The position numbers and the translations under genes are program-made. DNA of 64,000 nucleotides from IMG/VR virus record IMGVR_UViG_3300047376_000546; one strand, 5' to 3'. The notes beneath the pieces are model-generated. The model saw only the letters and a program-made list of their open reading frames with translations. It was not told where the DNA came from and ran no database searches. The stretch's first letter is position 1. Each line of letters begins with the position of its first letter. Source of the stretch: a virus. This document shows, piece after piece, positions 31,901 to 40,544 of this stretch.

Positions 31901-32142
31901 TGGATTGTAGTGTACAATATGCTGGCGCTGGTGTGCCAGGCGAAAGTACATCAGGTGGTGGTAATGGTAGTAATGGTTGTGCGTCAACTGGTGGAGATAG
32001 AATACAATCGAATACTTCATTGAGTGGTTCTTATACTATGACTTTAGGTACAGAAAATTTGACTAACGCAACTAATAATGTTGCATTGGTTAGAATTGCA
32101 TTAAACTCTGGACAATCAGTTAACTCTATTAGTATAACATAG
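28954..32142 (+). CDS. Virion fibre/appendage protein with two PKD-like domains
   Basis: YDIDWGDGS...TPSHTY...YTVTVRAY and YTMDWGDGT...HTW are PKD signatures. It also has the fibre motifs PELDTLKEIADSLGD and QGDAIIWD...KWIP, and an S/T/G/N-rich beta C-terminus. Confidence 0.7.
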   Translation: MVAFDTVRPIKAIFQNDGEVILGEFTDQDLIGIDMGGTGASNSATARSNLQLIHYREFPTFSDFDTLPESGKLAKNSADGKLYYSHQNAWLQIGQSQLVSGTDNSGVFVDETEVEKFIFTGRIVYSYDGPTKTATLTVDVDDIEDRLDILEDDDQTSGSVRYLIKQRFDQLLDGVIPELDTLKEIADSLGDTLDFRNDFDNHVLDFNQLDTDFTTFKQDITNFDNVDLTTNAPIQGDAIIWDPTTSKWIPGASFNSSDFEAAFQTKTAADLDVGNASDGSFSDGALVIESDRKTADVIDDLNEALDNIRKGVYVKSVSFSANPTFGGQGTYVTLNLTVDGTANRYDIDWGDGSNTNNTTDSTPSHTYTSNANSPYTVTVRAYNSSGSGAGSEASSTIEDYIIIYTTDPAAAFRLYRNATGGSELSGNNLYVIEGDSLYLENISTQTTMADVEYTMDWGDGTAVENITSDNADGGVTGNRLQHTWGFGTHTGSGRDTLRLTLSSHSTANPNVIPKQTTKSLKVYDINPSAPQGLSSKSISFSGNTGSSPLLASGFTDNTTGTTYSIGSSVQRTTSTSGNISSTSISSFAYNADSGTLTALVNGVDNGNKVLDSNNNTGTYTSLKIDSESDYNGLNSSGSYSNFNNSIYYPNLYKGFKAKIQKSAAAVPVGVNRYQLSHSGTGNTNSIEFVKDNLTSTPTLTAGTISEKTGFYKYISGIPYYTYNSKLTWSGISVSNLVGQTYRNTSQVLYVTGSNNYEGTSSQSINNKSFNYSAIDGTTTMLQSGYPLVNTGVGTPYAIGDLEIDITNSGVRTIESIRAVAYNVNGTGSYVNNNQKIAVHTSSQSGISELSIPVSSSLGSGYNDSGKRIFDFASEITDTPTYNNTINFYTNNLYSESSDPGVSGTQEATVRLGVLKHSLDDYSGFLPVGPDRSGDSGVQYFTFAFRRTITANFNINISSSGVSGVWIAAPGTTIDTASSLNGWLDCSVQYAGAGVPGESTSGGGNGSNGCASTGGDRIQSNTSLSGSYTMTLGTENLTNATNNVALVRIALNSGQSVNSISIT

Positions 32143-32151
32143 GATAAGTAA

Positions 32152-33096
32152 ATGTCAATACCCGATAATCAAAAATTAGACTTTCTTTGGAAAAAATTAG
32201 GTTATGGTGCATCCAAGACAGACTTAAATTCTATAAAGGGCGCAACTAACGAAGCTATCCCAAGTCCATTATTATTACGTGGAGATAGACTTTGGTCAGA
32301 ATCTCAAGAAATTCCTGCAATTATTCCAACCGTAAATAGTACATATGTTGAATTATATTTAAATTCAAATACGGTTGAGTGTGATATGGATTTAACGTCT
32401 ACATCAAATCGTACTTGGAAAACAAATTTAACAGATTGGATACCACCAGAATTTGGTAGTACATATCAAGTAAAAGTTTATATAGATTCTGCAAGTTCTG
32501 CAAATCCAACATCCGGCAATCAAATATTTGCAGCAGGTTCTGGAAATGATGATGAATGGTTTTTTGATTATCAATCTGGCATTTTACATTTTATTGGTAA
32601 TAATCTACCATCTGGAATTTCTGGAAATAAAATTTATATTTCTGGTGCAAGATATATAGGAACATTTGGTACGTCTGGTGGACAGACACAAATTGAACTT
32701 GATTCTCTTTCAAATCAGTTATTAGAATTAGAAGATAGAGTAAACACAGATTTAGATGATTTAATACAAGACGTAGACAGAAATAGAGCAACTATAAATA
32801 GTGTGCAATATTCCTTGGCAAATTTTAGTTATGGTGGACATACTGAATCACAAATAAATAGTTTAGTACAAAGTCAACAACAAGTTGGTATTGTATATAA
32901 TAGTGTAACAGAAAGATTCGAACCTCAACAAATAGCATCAGGCACATCCGGCGCATTTTTACATTTTCAATATTCAGATGGTACAAGAGATGATTTAAAC
33001 TTGATTGCAACATTTGACGGTTCAGAAGTATTATCTTCCTATGTTAGATTTTTCTTTTCAGATGGTACACAAGATAATATAGATATGGTTACATAA
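32152..33096 (+). CDS. Conserved-type structural protein, likely partner of the upstream PKD protein
   Basis: N-terminal QKLDFLWKKLGYG and DDEWFFDYQSGILHFIG...ISGARYIG resemble a recurrent hypothetical in marine T4-like phages. It has a C-terminal coiled coil and a duplicated FxxSDGTxDxxxL motif. Confidence 0.6.
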   Translation: MSIPDNQKLDFLWKKLGYGASKTDLNSIKGATNEAIPSPLLLRGDRLWSESQEIPAIIPTVNSTYVELYLNSNTVECDMDLTSTSNRTWKTNLTDWIPPEFGSTYQVKVYIDSASSANPTSGNQIFAAGSGNDDEWFFDYQSGILHFIGNNLPSGISGNKIYISGARYIGTFGTSGGQTQIELDSLSNQLLELEDRVNTDLDDLIQDVDRNRATINSVQYSLANFSYGGHTESQINSLVQSQQQVGIVYNSVTERFEPQQIASGTSGAFLHFQYSDGTRDDLNLIATFDGSEVLSSYVRFFFSDGTQDNIDMVT

Positions 33097-33112
33097 TAAG
33101 GATTTTTATTTT

Positions 33113-33120
33113 TATAAATA
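33113..33120 (+). promoter_or_regulatory. T4-type late promoter box TATAAATA
   Basis: Exact match upstream of the ORF at 33174, which has an AAGGAG ribosome-binding site. Confidence 0.8.
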
Positions 33121-33173
33121 ATAGAAACAAAACAAGTTAGTTAATAAAACTTTATGCATTAAGGAGTTCACGA

Positions 33174-36100
33174 ATGAGTAGAGCTATTCAAAGAAATGAT
33201 ATTTTTCAATTAGATGGGTATCGTTGGAACCGAAGAAGAGAACCAGATAAACCATTAATTACACAATTAGCAGAAGATTTAATGGACAATGGTTTTATAG
33301 ATGTTGGCCCAGAAGTCGTAAAAATTACAGTTAGTGATGCAGCTCTAACCAGATATATTGATAATATTATTGTGTACTATTATGATTCCAATACAAATAT
33401 TATTAATGAAGGGGCTCACGGATTAAGAAATGTTACGTCAGAAGGATATGACGGAACTTTTACAGAATGGAAAATGGATAATAATGATTTAAAAATTAAA
33501 CAAATCCAAGACGATCCTTATACTGGATTTGGCAACGATCACTGGGCAGATTATCTTTCAACATCGTTGCCTGGCTCCAAATCCTCCACTTTTAAAACAC
33601 AGTATCCTGGCGAAGATGCAACATATTTTGATAAGTTCTTAGGACCAAACGCCGAGTTATTTGCATATTTAAACCCAAACCCACAGAATCAGGATGCAGA
33701 CGGTAATTGGTTGAAAGTATTACCAAATGTACCTACTAGAAAGAAGAAGGCCGATGAACAGACAGGTTATTTTGGATTAAGTTTTATATCAGAAAGAGTT
33801 TATAGAAACGAATTTGCAAAAATTAAAAGACTTATTACTACTAGTGCAAGATATGTCGTTGCTTATCCAGACGTTGCAAGTGGCATTGATTCAAAAGGAA
33901 ATTTAAGAAATTATGTAGAAGAACTAGAACCTAGTGGTGTTATTAATCACCATTTTTGGTTTACAACATACAAAGATGAACAATTTTTCCCAGCCGATGT
34001 TACCGAACCTGCAAAATGGGAAGGTTTTATTGGGTTAAGTTCTGAGCCTGGCATATTACAGTATGGAGACACTTACGAGTTTACATTGACAAGTACAAGT
34101 CAAAAAACTTCTGCTTCAATTACAACACTAGATTCGGTTACGGTTGATAGTGATGAAGTCGAACCTTTTCTAGAAAAGGTTTATAATAGTTTTGTTAATT
34201 CTGCAATTGCAAATCCATTATCTGGTTATTTGACTCTTAGTGTAGACCCATCAAGAATTGGTATTATGGAAGGTTATGCAAACCAGAATTCTGTCGAACA
34301 AACTATGACGGTAAACAGAATTCCTTACGTAAAACAGTATGGAGCTACACCAACTGTTGGATTTCCATCTGGTTCAAACCAAAGTTTCTCTGGCCTCACC
34401 GAGCCTAAAATCGCCCAACACGGTACTGTAACCTATAATTCTGGATTTAAAATGAATTATAGAAATTTAAATACCGATCAACTTGGACTTAACACCGCCG
34501 GCTGGAGGTGGTATGAAGATTTCGGGCAATCGAGCCAGTTCAGATCTCCTGTCAGTGTTGGTGGCAAAACCCACTATATGGAGGGTTATGTACACAAACA
34601 TACTATTAGTGGGTTTGATGGTGCAGACCCTGGCGATACATTCGAGGTTAAGTTAACCAATTTGGTTGATGAATCTGCCGAAAAACCTTGGACTGCTGAT
34701 CCAATTGAACTTTCAATAACTTTCACAGCAAAGGTTCCTATGACTGCATTAGCATTAACAACTGCTATGGCTAATGAGATGAAACTAGATCCATATATTT
34801 CGCAATATATGTTTGTAAAAACTGGTACAAATTATATCGACGTAGAATATGCAGAAGATTCTAGTGCATATTTAAGAAGATCAAAAAAACGTACTGCCAC
34901 CGATGATAAGGGGTGGGGGTTATTTAATGCTAAGTCTGTCGCATATCAAACTGCGGTCACCGCTGGTAGATTCACCGCTGGCACTTTTGCTACATTTAAC
35001 CACGATTGGTGGACTATGGCAAACCTAACTAGCAGCAATCTATCCACACGTAAAAACTTCTTTGCATGGATAGAAAATTCCGTTGCGGCAAATATTTCAA
35101 CCACTTTTGCAACTGACGCGACTAGGTTTGGTACTGGTGGATTATTTCCATCCACTGGCACTATGGACGCAAATACCGAACAAGGTAGTATTAAATTTGT
35201 TAATCCTTACGCACATTATGGTCCAACTGTTCTAACCGATGGGTTGTTTGCAGAAGATGTTCCAGATTTGGCAAAGTTCGGTTCTTCGGTGACTTATACT
35301 GAGAATACTTTAGTCACAAGTGACCCATTAACTTTTAATTTCCAAACAACAAAAGAACCAGCAGTATCTAATGTTGGTAATATTAGGTTATCGTTCCCAT
35401 TATCAAGAGATATGGGCACTTTTGCAAATCCAGTTAATAATATTGGTTGGGAAGTTTTCCCTGCAATTCAAGGTAACAGCTCAGCATCAAATTATACATA
35501 CTCATATTATCAACAAATATTGAGTGATACCTCGGCGGATGTGAAAACAGAAAGACCAACAGGTCCAGAAATATCATTTGATTATGATAAGAGATATAGA
35601 CATCCAAATCAAACACATGGTAGTTTAGATTTGGGATTAACTAAGGCATCGGATTTCCAGTACAACACTTCTAATTTAGATATCGATTCTTTTGAATACG
35701 TAAGAGATTATTCAATGGGTCCAATTGTATTAGAAACATCTAATAGTTCACCACTATCGGGAACTGATGGAGATCAGGCTTGGAGAATTAGACTTAATGT
35801 TTCTAGAGGGTATGAAATCAAAGATGCGTCACCATATATTAACGAGGTTCATATCGAATTAGGAAATAATTCTGTAGACCCACGTTTAGTATCTGATAGA
35901 CAATTTGAATATTTACAATTACATATTGCAACAAAGTATCAATTACTAAGTAATGGTGATGTTACCGAAACACAAGGTGTAGATGTAACTAAACCGGCAA
36001 GAATAAGAGAGCCAGGGTTTCTTGGTGCATTAAGACCACAATATAGTGGATATGTACAATCAAATGTACATTTAATAAACCCATATACACTAAGGGCCCA

Positions 36101-37214
36101 ATTGGATGATGCAGTAGAATCAGAAATTAATATTAGTGCCGGTAGGGTTGGTATTGCAATGGATCAGGTAGAAGGGGTTGATACGTCTGGACTTGCGGAT
36201 ATTTTCGCCAATAATACTAGTGGTTCAGGTGTTAAAAATATCACATATGAAACTAGAGGTACTACTGCCGCTCCTGTGGTTGTTACAAAAGGATTACTTG
36301 AAGATGGAGAATATCGATACGAAGAACAATATTTAACTGGTTCTAGTACAGAATTAATATATGATACACCATATAATACTGGTAATATGCGTATTCAAAA
36401 AGGATTTTTTAGAAGAAGTGGAAAACAATTTTCGGATGTCGCACCATCATATCCTATGAGTTATTTCTTAACTATTGCAGATCATGGAATAGCATTTGCA
36501 GTGAGGGATCAGGCGTCATCATCAGAATCAGATGATAATGCATGGGTTGTTGTTCAAAGACATGTCGATTCTGTTACAGGAGAGCCTGATTTCACATCTA
36601 ATACGCAACCAGTTCATTGCATATATCAAACATCCGAACCACCAGTTCTTTGGTCAGATTATGGTATTTACTTTACAGATAGAGAAATCGATAAGAGACA
36701 AAGTTCTGTTGCATATCAAGGATTATATGACCGAGCAGGAAATTATGTTACGGATTTTTATGTTAATCCAGTTATTGCAGAGGAACTTGCTGCATTTGAT
36801 ATGGAAGGACAGGGTAGATTCCGTAGGTTTGTTGTACGAGAAAAAGATACATTAAAACCATGGGATAGACATGTTTTTGCAGGTCTTAATGAAACCGATT
36901 CACACTCTGTAATCAATCCATTAGAACAATTATCCTTGAATGATGATGGTCAGTTGGTTATCCAATTTCCTAACAGAATTGGTTCCCAAAGATATCTATT
37001 CACTGGAAAAGAGATTGATTTGATTGCATTCTGTGATGGTGGTTCTGTAGGACAAGATACACTAGTATCTAGTGATAGATTTAGTGATAGTGGACTAACC
37101 AATAAGACTAGAACTTACAAAGGTATGATGAGTACAAAAAGTTATGGAAATGGAATGCGTGTACTACTATTAACTGACGGGTGGGGTGTTGATAATTCCT
37201 ACCTTTCATCATAA
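33174..37214 (+). CDS. Virion protein, paralogue 4 of the scaffold family (1346 aa)
   Basis: SYPMSYFLTIADHG, DDNAWVVVQRHVD, PVHCIY, RFVVREKDTLKPWDRH, GMMSTKSYGNGMR, with a very large N-proximal insertion. Confidence 0.7.
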   Translation: MSRAIQRNDIFQLDGYRWNRRREPDKPLITQLAEDLMDNGFIDVGPEVVKITVSDAALTRYIDNIIVYYYDSNTNIINEGAHGLRNVTSEGYDGTFTEWKMDNNDLKIKQIQDDPYTGFGNDHWADYLSTSLPGSKSSTFKTQYPGEDATYFDKFLGPNAELFAYLNPNPQNQDADGNWLKVLPNVPTRKKKADEQTGYFGLSFISERVYRNEFAKIKRLITTSARYVVAYPDVASGIDSKGNLRNYVEELEPSGVINHHFWFTTYKDEQFFPADVTEPAKWEGFIGLSSEPGILQYGDTYEFTLTSTSQKTSASITTLDSVTVDSDEVEPFLEKVYNSFVNSAIANPLSGYLTLSVDPSRIGIMEGYANQNSVEQTMTVNRIPYVKQYGATPTVGFPSGSNQSFSGLTEPKIAQHGTVTYNSGFKMNYRNLNTDQLGLNTAGWRWYEDFGQSSQFRSPVSVGGKTHYMEGYVHKHTISGFDGADPGDTFEVKLTNLVDESAEKPWTADPIELSITFTAKVPMTALALTTAMANEMKLDPYISQYMFVKTGTNYIDVEYAEDSSAYLRRSKKRTATDDKGWGLFNAKSVAYQTAVTAGRFTAGTFATFNHDWWTMANLTSSNLSTRKNFFAWIENSVAANISTTFATDATRFGTGGLFPSTGTMDANTEQGSIKFVNPYAHYGPTVLTDGLFAEDVPDLAKFGSSVTYTENTLVTSDPLTFNFQTTKEPAVSNVGNIRLSFPLSRDMGTFANPVNNIGWEVFPAIQGNSSASNYTYSYYQQILSDTSADVKTERPTGPEISFDYDKRYRHPNQTHGSLDLGLTKASDFQYNTSNLDIDSFEYVRDYSMGPIVLETSNSSPLSGTDGDQAWRIRLNVSRGYEIKDASPYINEVHIELGNNSVDPRLVSDRQFEYLQLHIATKYQLLSNGDVTETQGVDVTKPARIREPGFLGALRPQYSGYVQSNVHLINPYTLRAQLDDAVESEINISAGRVGIAMDQVEGVDTSGLADIFANNTSGSGVKNITYETRGTTAAPVVVTKGLLEDGEYRYEEQYLTGSSTELIYDTPYNTGNMRIQKGFFRRSGKQFSDVAPSYPMSYFLTIADHGIAFAVRDQASSSESDDNAWVVVQRHVDSVTGEPDFTSNTQPVHCIYQTSEPPVLWSDYGIYFTDREIDKRQSSVAYQGLYDRAGNYVTDFYVNPVIAEELAAFDMEGQGRFRRFVVREKDTLKPWDRHVFAGLNETDSHSVINPLEQLSLNDDGQLVIQFPNRIGSQRYLFTGKEIDLIAFCDGGSVGQDTLVSSDRFSDSGLTNKTRTYKGMMSTKSYGNGMRVLLLTDGWGVDNSYLSS

Positions 37215-37232
37215 TAAGAGAGACATTAGTTA

Positions 37233-37616
37233 ATGACTGATGTTATACCATTAAAAGTAATTACAGACGCTGGGGGTGACTCTTACGCCCTCGGCGAGTT
37301 TACTGCAAGTGAAGCGGTTGGTTTGGCACATGGTGGTACAGGTGCCACTGATGCAGCAACAGCTCGTGTGAATTTGGGTCTGACAAATTTAACTATAGAA
37401 TTTGAAAGATATAATATTTCAACTCCTTCGGTGAGTTGGGTAATTACTCATAATAAAAACACAACACAATTCAGTGAAAAACTTTTCGATTCCAATGGAG
37501 ACCAATTTTACGCATATGTAGAAACATTAGATGCAAATTCTTTCAAGGTACACCTGTCAGAAAGTATAAGTGGTTATGTGGACGTATTTTTTGACGGAAC
37601 TTCATTAGTAACTTAA
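37233..37616 (+). CDS. Small fibre-associated protein
   Basis: The N-terminus LGEFT...GGTGA...AR-x-NL-x-L matches the 28954 ORF. The C-terminal WVITHNKNT module resembles the C-terminus of the 37680 ORF. Confidence 0.65.
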   Translation: MTDVIPLKVITDAGGDSYALGEFTASEAVGLAHGGTGATDAATARVNLGLTNLTIEFERYNISTPSVSWVITHNKNTTQFSEKLFDSNGDQFYAYVETLDANSFKVHLSESISGYVDVFFDGTSLVT

Positions 37617-37633
37617 ACATAGAAACTAAATAT

Positions 37634-37641
37634 TATAAATA
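37634..37641 (+). promoter_or_regulatory. T4-type late promoter box TATAAATA
   Basis: Exact match upstream of the ORF at 37680. Confidence 0.8.
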
Positions 37642-37679
37642 TCAGTATATAAAAAATAAAAACCTTGGAGTAAGACACG

Positions 37680-40256
37680 ATGCCTAGATATGTAAAATTT
37701 CATGGTTTAGAGTTAGCAGATAATTCGTTTATTGAGAACTTACGAATTGAGAAACTTACCTCTGACCCAACGCCGTCTGAACCTGGCAGACTGTGGTACA
37801 ATACTACGGATAAAGTATTCAAATTTTCTTCTCTCGATTCTGGTGGGGCAATTATAGTTCATCAGGCCGTTTCATTAGATGAACTAACAGCAGAAGTTGC
37901 AACTTTAAATTCTACAATTACCACAGAAGTAACAGACAGAACAAATGCAGACTCGGCTCTGCAAACCCAGATTGATACATTAGAAACCGCACTAGATAAC
38001 GTAGAGGCATCCATTACCTTTGCAGTTTCTACTACATCTGGCGCATATGTTATAGACGGTGATAATAATCCTACACTTAAATTACAGCCAGGAATTACAT
38101 ATAAATTAGATTTAAATGCATCTGGACATCCCTTTAGAATTCTTACGGATGCAGCAAACCCTGCAACGGAATACAATGATGGTGTAAGTCACGATGACGG
38201 TGCTGGTACAGTTGTCACAGGAACTAATGCACAGGGCAAAGAGAGTGGTACATTAATTTTTAAAGTGCCGATGGATTCACCAGATTATTTGTATTATGTA
38301 TGTGACAATCATCCAAGTACAATGGTTGGTACTCTAAAGACAACATCATTCCCAGCAGAAGTCCAAGTAGAAATTGATGATATTGAAACTGGAGCTGGAC
38401 TAGAAACAGATGGATCTTATCTTGCCGATAATACAACAAATTATCTTACTGCTGCAACATCTTTAAAAAATGCTGACTTTCTATTAGATAGTGCGGTACA
38501 AGGTGTACAAAATGAATTAGACAGTACTCAGAACGGGGCAGGACTTGGTTCGAGTGGTACTTACAGTGCAGATTCTGGTACAAACTATTTAACTACTGCA
38601 ACATCTTTAAAAAACGCAGATGCAACTTTAGACGGACAATTAAAAACCACAAACGATAATTTATCCGCAGAGATTACAGCAAGAACAAATGCAGATGTTA
38701 CAATCAATACTGCAATTACAAATTTACAATCTGAATTAGATGTCACACAAACTGGATCAGGTCTTGCCACGGACGGCACTTTCAGTGCAAACTCTAGTAC
38801 AAATTATCTTACTGCAGCGACTTCATTAAAGGATGCAGATGAAAGACTTGATACTGCATTAAATTCTTTACAATCAGAAGTTAACGCAACACAGACTGGC
38901 GCCGGATTAGGTACTAATGGTGCATATACTGCAAATTCAGCTTCTAACTATATTACTGGTGCAACAGATTTAACTGATGCAGATGATTTATTGGATGCTC
39001 AAATTAAAACTACTACAGATAGTATTACTACTAAAGTTAGTAAATCTGGTGATACTATGTCTGGCAATTTGGACATGGGCAACAATAGAATTATTAGTGT
39101 TGCAAATCCTACCGACCCGACAGATGCGGCGAACAAAGAATACGTCGATAGTGTTGCAACTGGTTTAGATGTAAAAGAATCTGTTAGAGTTGCAACTACT
39201 TCGAATATTGCAAGTTTATCAAGTGTAACATCAATTGATGGTGTAACATTAGTCGATGGTGATAGAGTACTTGTTAAAGACCAAAGTACTGGTTCTGAAA
39301 ATGGTATTTACACTTATACACTATCTACTACAACTCTGGCCCGATCTGATGACGCAGATACTGGTTCTGTATTAACTTCTGGTACATTTACATTTGTGGA
39401 AGAAGGTACACTAAATGCAGATAATGGTTATGTACTTGTAACAGACGGTTCTATTACAGTTGGTACAACATCAATATCATTTGAACAATTCTCTGGTGCT
39501 GGACAAATTATTGCTGGGGCCGGTATTCAAAAAAGTGGTAACGAATTATTTCTAAACTTTGGTGCTGGTGTTTCAGAATTACCTTCAGACGAAATTGGTA
39601 TCGATGTACGTGCAGATGGTGGTTTGATGTTGACTGCAGATGGTTCGACAGATTCGGTCGCCACTGGTGCAAATCTAGCAATCAGAATAGATGGTAGTTC
39701 ACTTTCAACATCATCAAATGGTTTAAAACTTGATTCATCTATCACTACTAGTATTAGTGATAACACAACTGCAATTGCAACCTTACAAACCGAAGTAGAC
39801 GCAGTTGAAACTGCATCTGGATTAAATACCGATGGTACTTACGCTGCACCATCTGGTACAAATTATATTGATACAGCAACTAGTATTGCAAATGCACACG
39901 TATTATTAGATTCTGCAGTTAAAGATAGTTATGATACTCTAGAATCTCTTGTATTAGATTTGGAATCAGATTTAGCGACAGAACAGGCACAGAGAATTTC
40001 TTCCGATAGTTCAATTAGAACAGATGTTAATGATTTAAGATTTACATATCAATCAACTGCAACTGCAACAACACATACAGTTTCGCATAACTTGAATACA
40101 AACTTTCTTATAATCCAATGTATGGTATTGGGAGATGACGGCTTGTATGCAAACGATGTTGTACCAATAGAGGAAACTGATTCAAATACTCTTACTGTTT
40201 ATCTCACAGAATCTAGACATGTGCGCGTATCAGTAATGGCAATGACTGATATTTAA
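37680..40256 (+). CDS. Tail/neck fibre protein with a cupredoxin-like domain and coiled-coil/loop repeats
   Basis: Coiled-coil segments, five GAGL-x2-DG-Y...TNY...ATSL-x2-AD-x2-LD repeats, and a DAANKEYVD...VRVATT...DGDRVLVKDQ fibre module. The cupredoxin motif is GHPF...YYVCDNHPSTM. Confidence 0.75.
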   Translation: MPRYVKFHGLELADNSFIENLRIEKLTSDPTPSEPGRLWYNTTDKVFKFSSLDSGGAIIVHQAVSLDELTAEVATLNSTITTEVTDRTNADSALQTQIDTLETALDNVEASITFAVSTTSGAYVIDGDNNPTLKLQPGITYKLDLNASGHPFRILTDAANPATEYNDGVSHDDGAGTVVTGTNAQGKESGTLIFKVPMDSPDYLYYVCDNHPSTMVGTLKTTSFPAEVQVEIDDIETGAGLETDGSYLADNTTNYLTAATSLKNADFLLDSAVQGVQNELDSTQNGAGLGSSGTYSADSGTNYLTTATSLKNADATLDGQLKTTNDNLSAEITARTNADVTINTAITNLQSELDVTQTGSGLATDGTFSANSSTNYLTAATSLKDADERLDTALNSLQSEVNATQTGAGLGTNGAYTANSASNYITGATDLTDADDLLDAQIKTTTDSITTKVSKSGDTMSGNLDMGNNRIISVANPTDPTDAANKEYVDSVATGLDVKESVRVATTSNIASLSSVTSIDGVTLVDGDRVLVKDQSTGSENGIYTYTLSTTTLARSDDADTGSVLTSGTFTFVEEGTLNADNGYVLVTDGSITVGTTSISFEQFSGAGQIIAGAGIQKSGNELFLNFGAGVSELPSDEIGIDVRADGGLMLTADGSTDSVATGANLAIRIDGSSLSTSSNGLKLDSSITTSISDNTTAIATLQTEVDAVETASGLNTDGTYAAPSGTNYIDTATSIANAHVLLDSAVKDSYDTLESLVLDLESDLATEQAQRISSDSSIRTDVNDLRFTYQSTATATTHTVSHNLNTNFLIIQCMVLGDDGLYANDVVPIEETDSNTLTVYLTESRHVRVSVMAMTDI
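38385..39010 (+). repeat. Four degenerate ~45-70-aa fibre repeats (a fifth near 39806-39920)
   Basis: ETGAGLETDGSY...TNYLTAATSLKNAD, QNGAGLGSSGTY...TNYLTTATSLKNAD, QTGSGLATDGTF...TNYLTAATSLKDAD, QTGAGLGTNGAY...SNYITGATDLTDAD. Confidence 0.85.
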
Positions 40257-40280
40257 AACTCATTAATTTAATTCTTTATG

Positions 40281-40309
40281 AAATAGGGGGCCTGGCCCCC
40301 TATTTTTTT
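40281..40309 (+). terminator. Intrinsic terminator
   Basis: AAATAGGGGGC-CTG-GCCCCCTATTT hairpin followed by a T-run, 24 nt after the 37680 ORF stop. Confidence 0.9.
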
Positions 40310-40310
40310 A

Positions 40311-40318
40311 TATAAATA
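40311..40318 (+). promoter_or_regulatory. T4-type late promoter box TATAAATA
   Basis: Exact match immediately after the terminator, followed by an AAGGAG ribosome-binding site and the ATG at 40338. Confidence 0.8.
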
Positions 40319-40337
40319 GAAGAAAGGAGTTTTAAAA

Positions 40338-40544
40338 ATGCAAGAGTTAAAATATTATGATCTATCTCTCATTGATGATCCGACAGAAATGAAAAGTGTT
40401 ATGAGAGAATCTATTGGCATGCTAAAACAAAATGCATTAGTAACAAACTTCCATAAAGATGATTTAAGAGAAAAATATGCAGAGCAAGTTTCTGTAGTTC
40501 AAAACTATCTCACACAAATGGAGATTAAGTTAGAACATGAGTAG
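40338..40544 (+). CDS. Hypothetical protein (68 aa, helical)
   Basis: Has a strong ribosome-binding site and its own promoter. No family recognised. Confidence 0.6.
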   Translation: MQELKYYDLSLIDDPTEMKSVMRESIGMLKQNALVTNFHKDDLREKYAEQVSVVQNYLTQMEIKLEHE

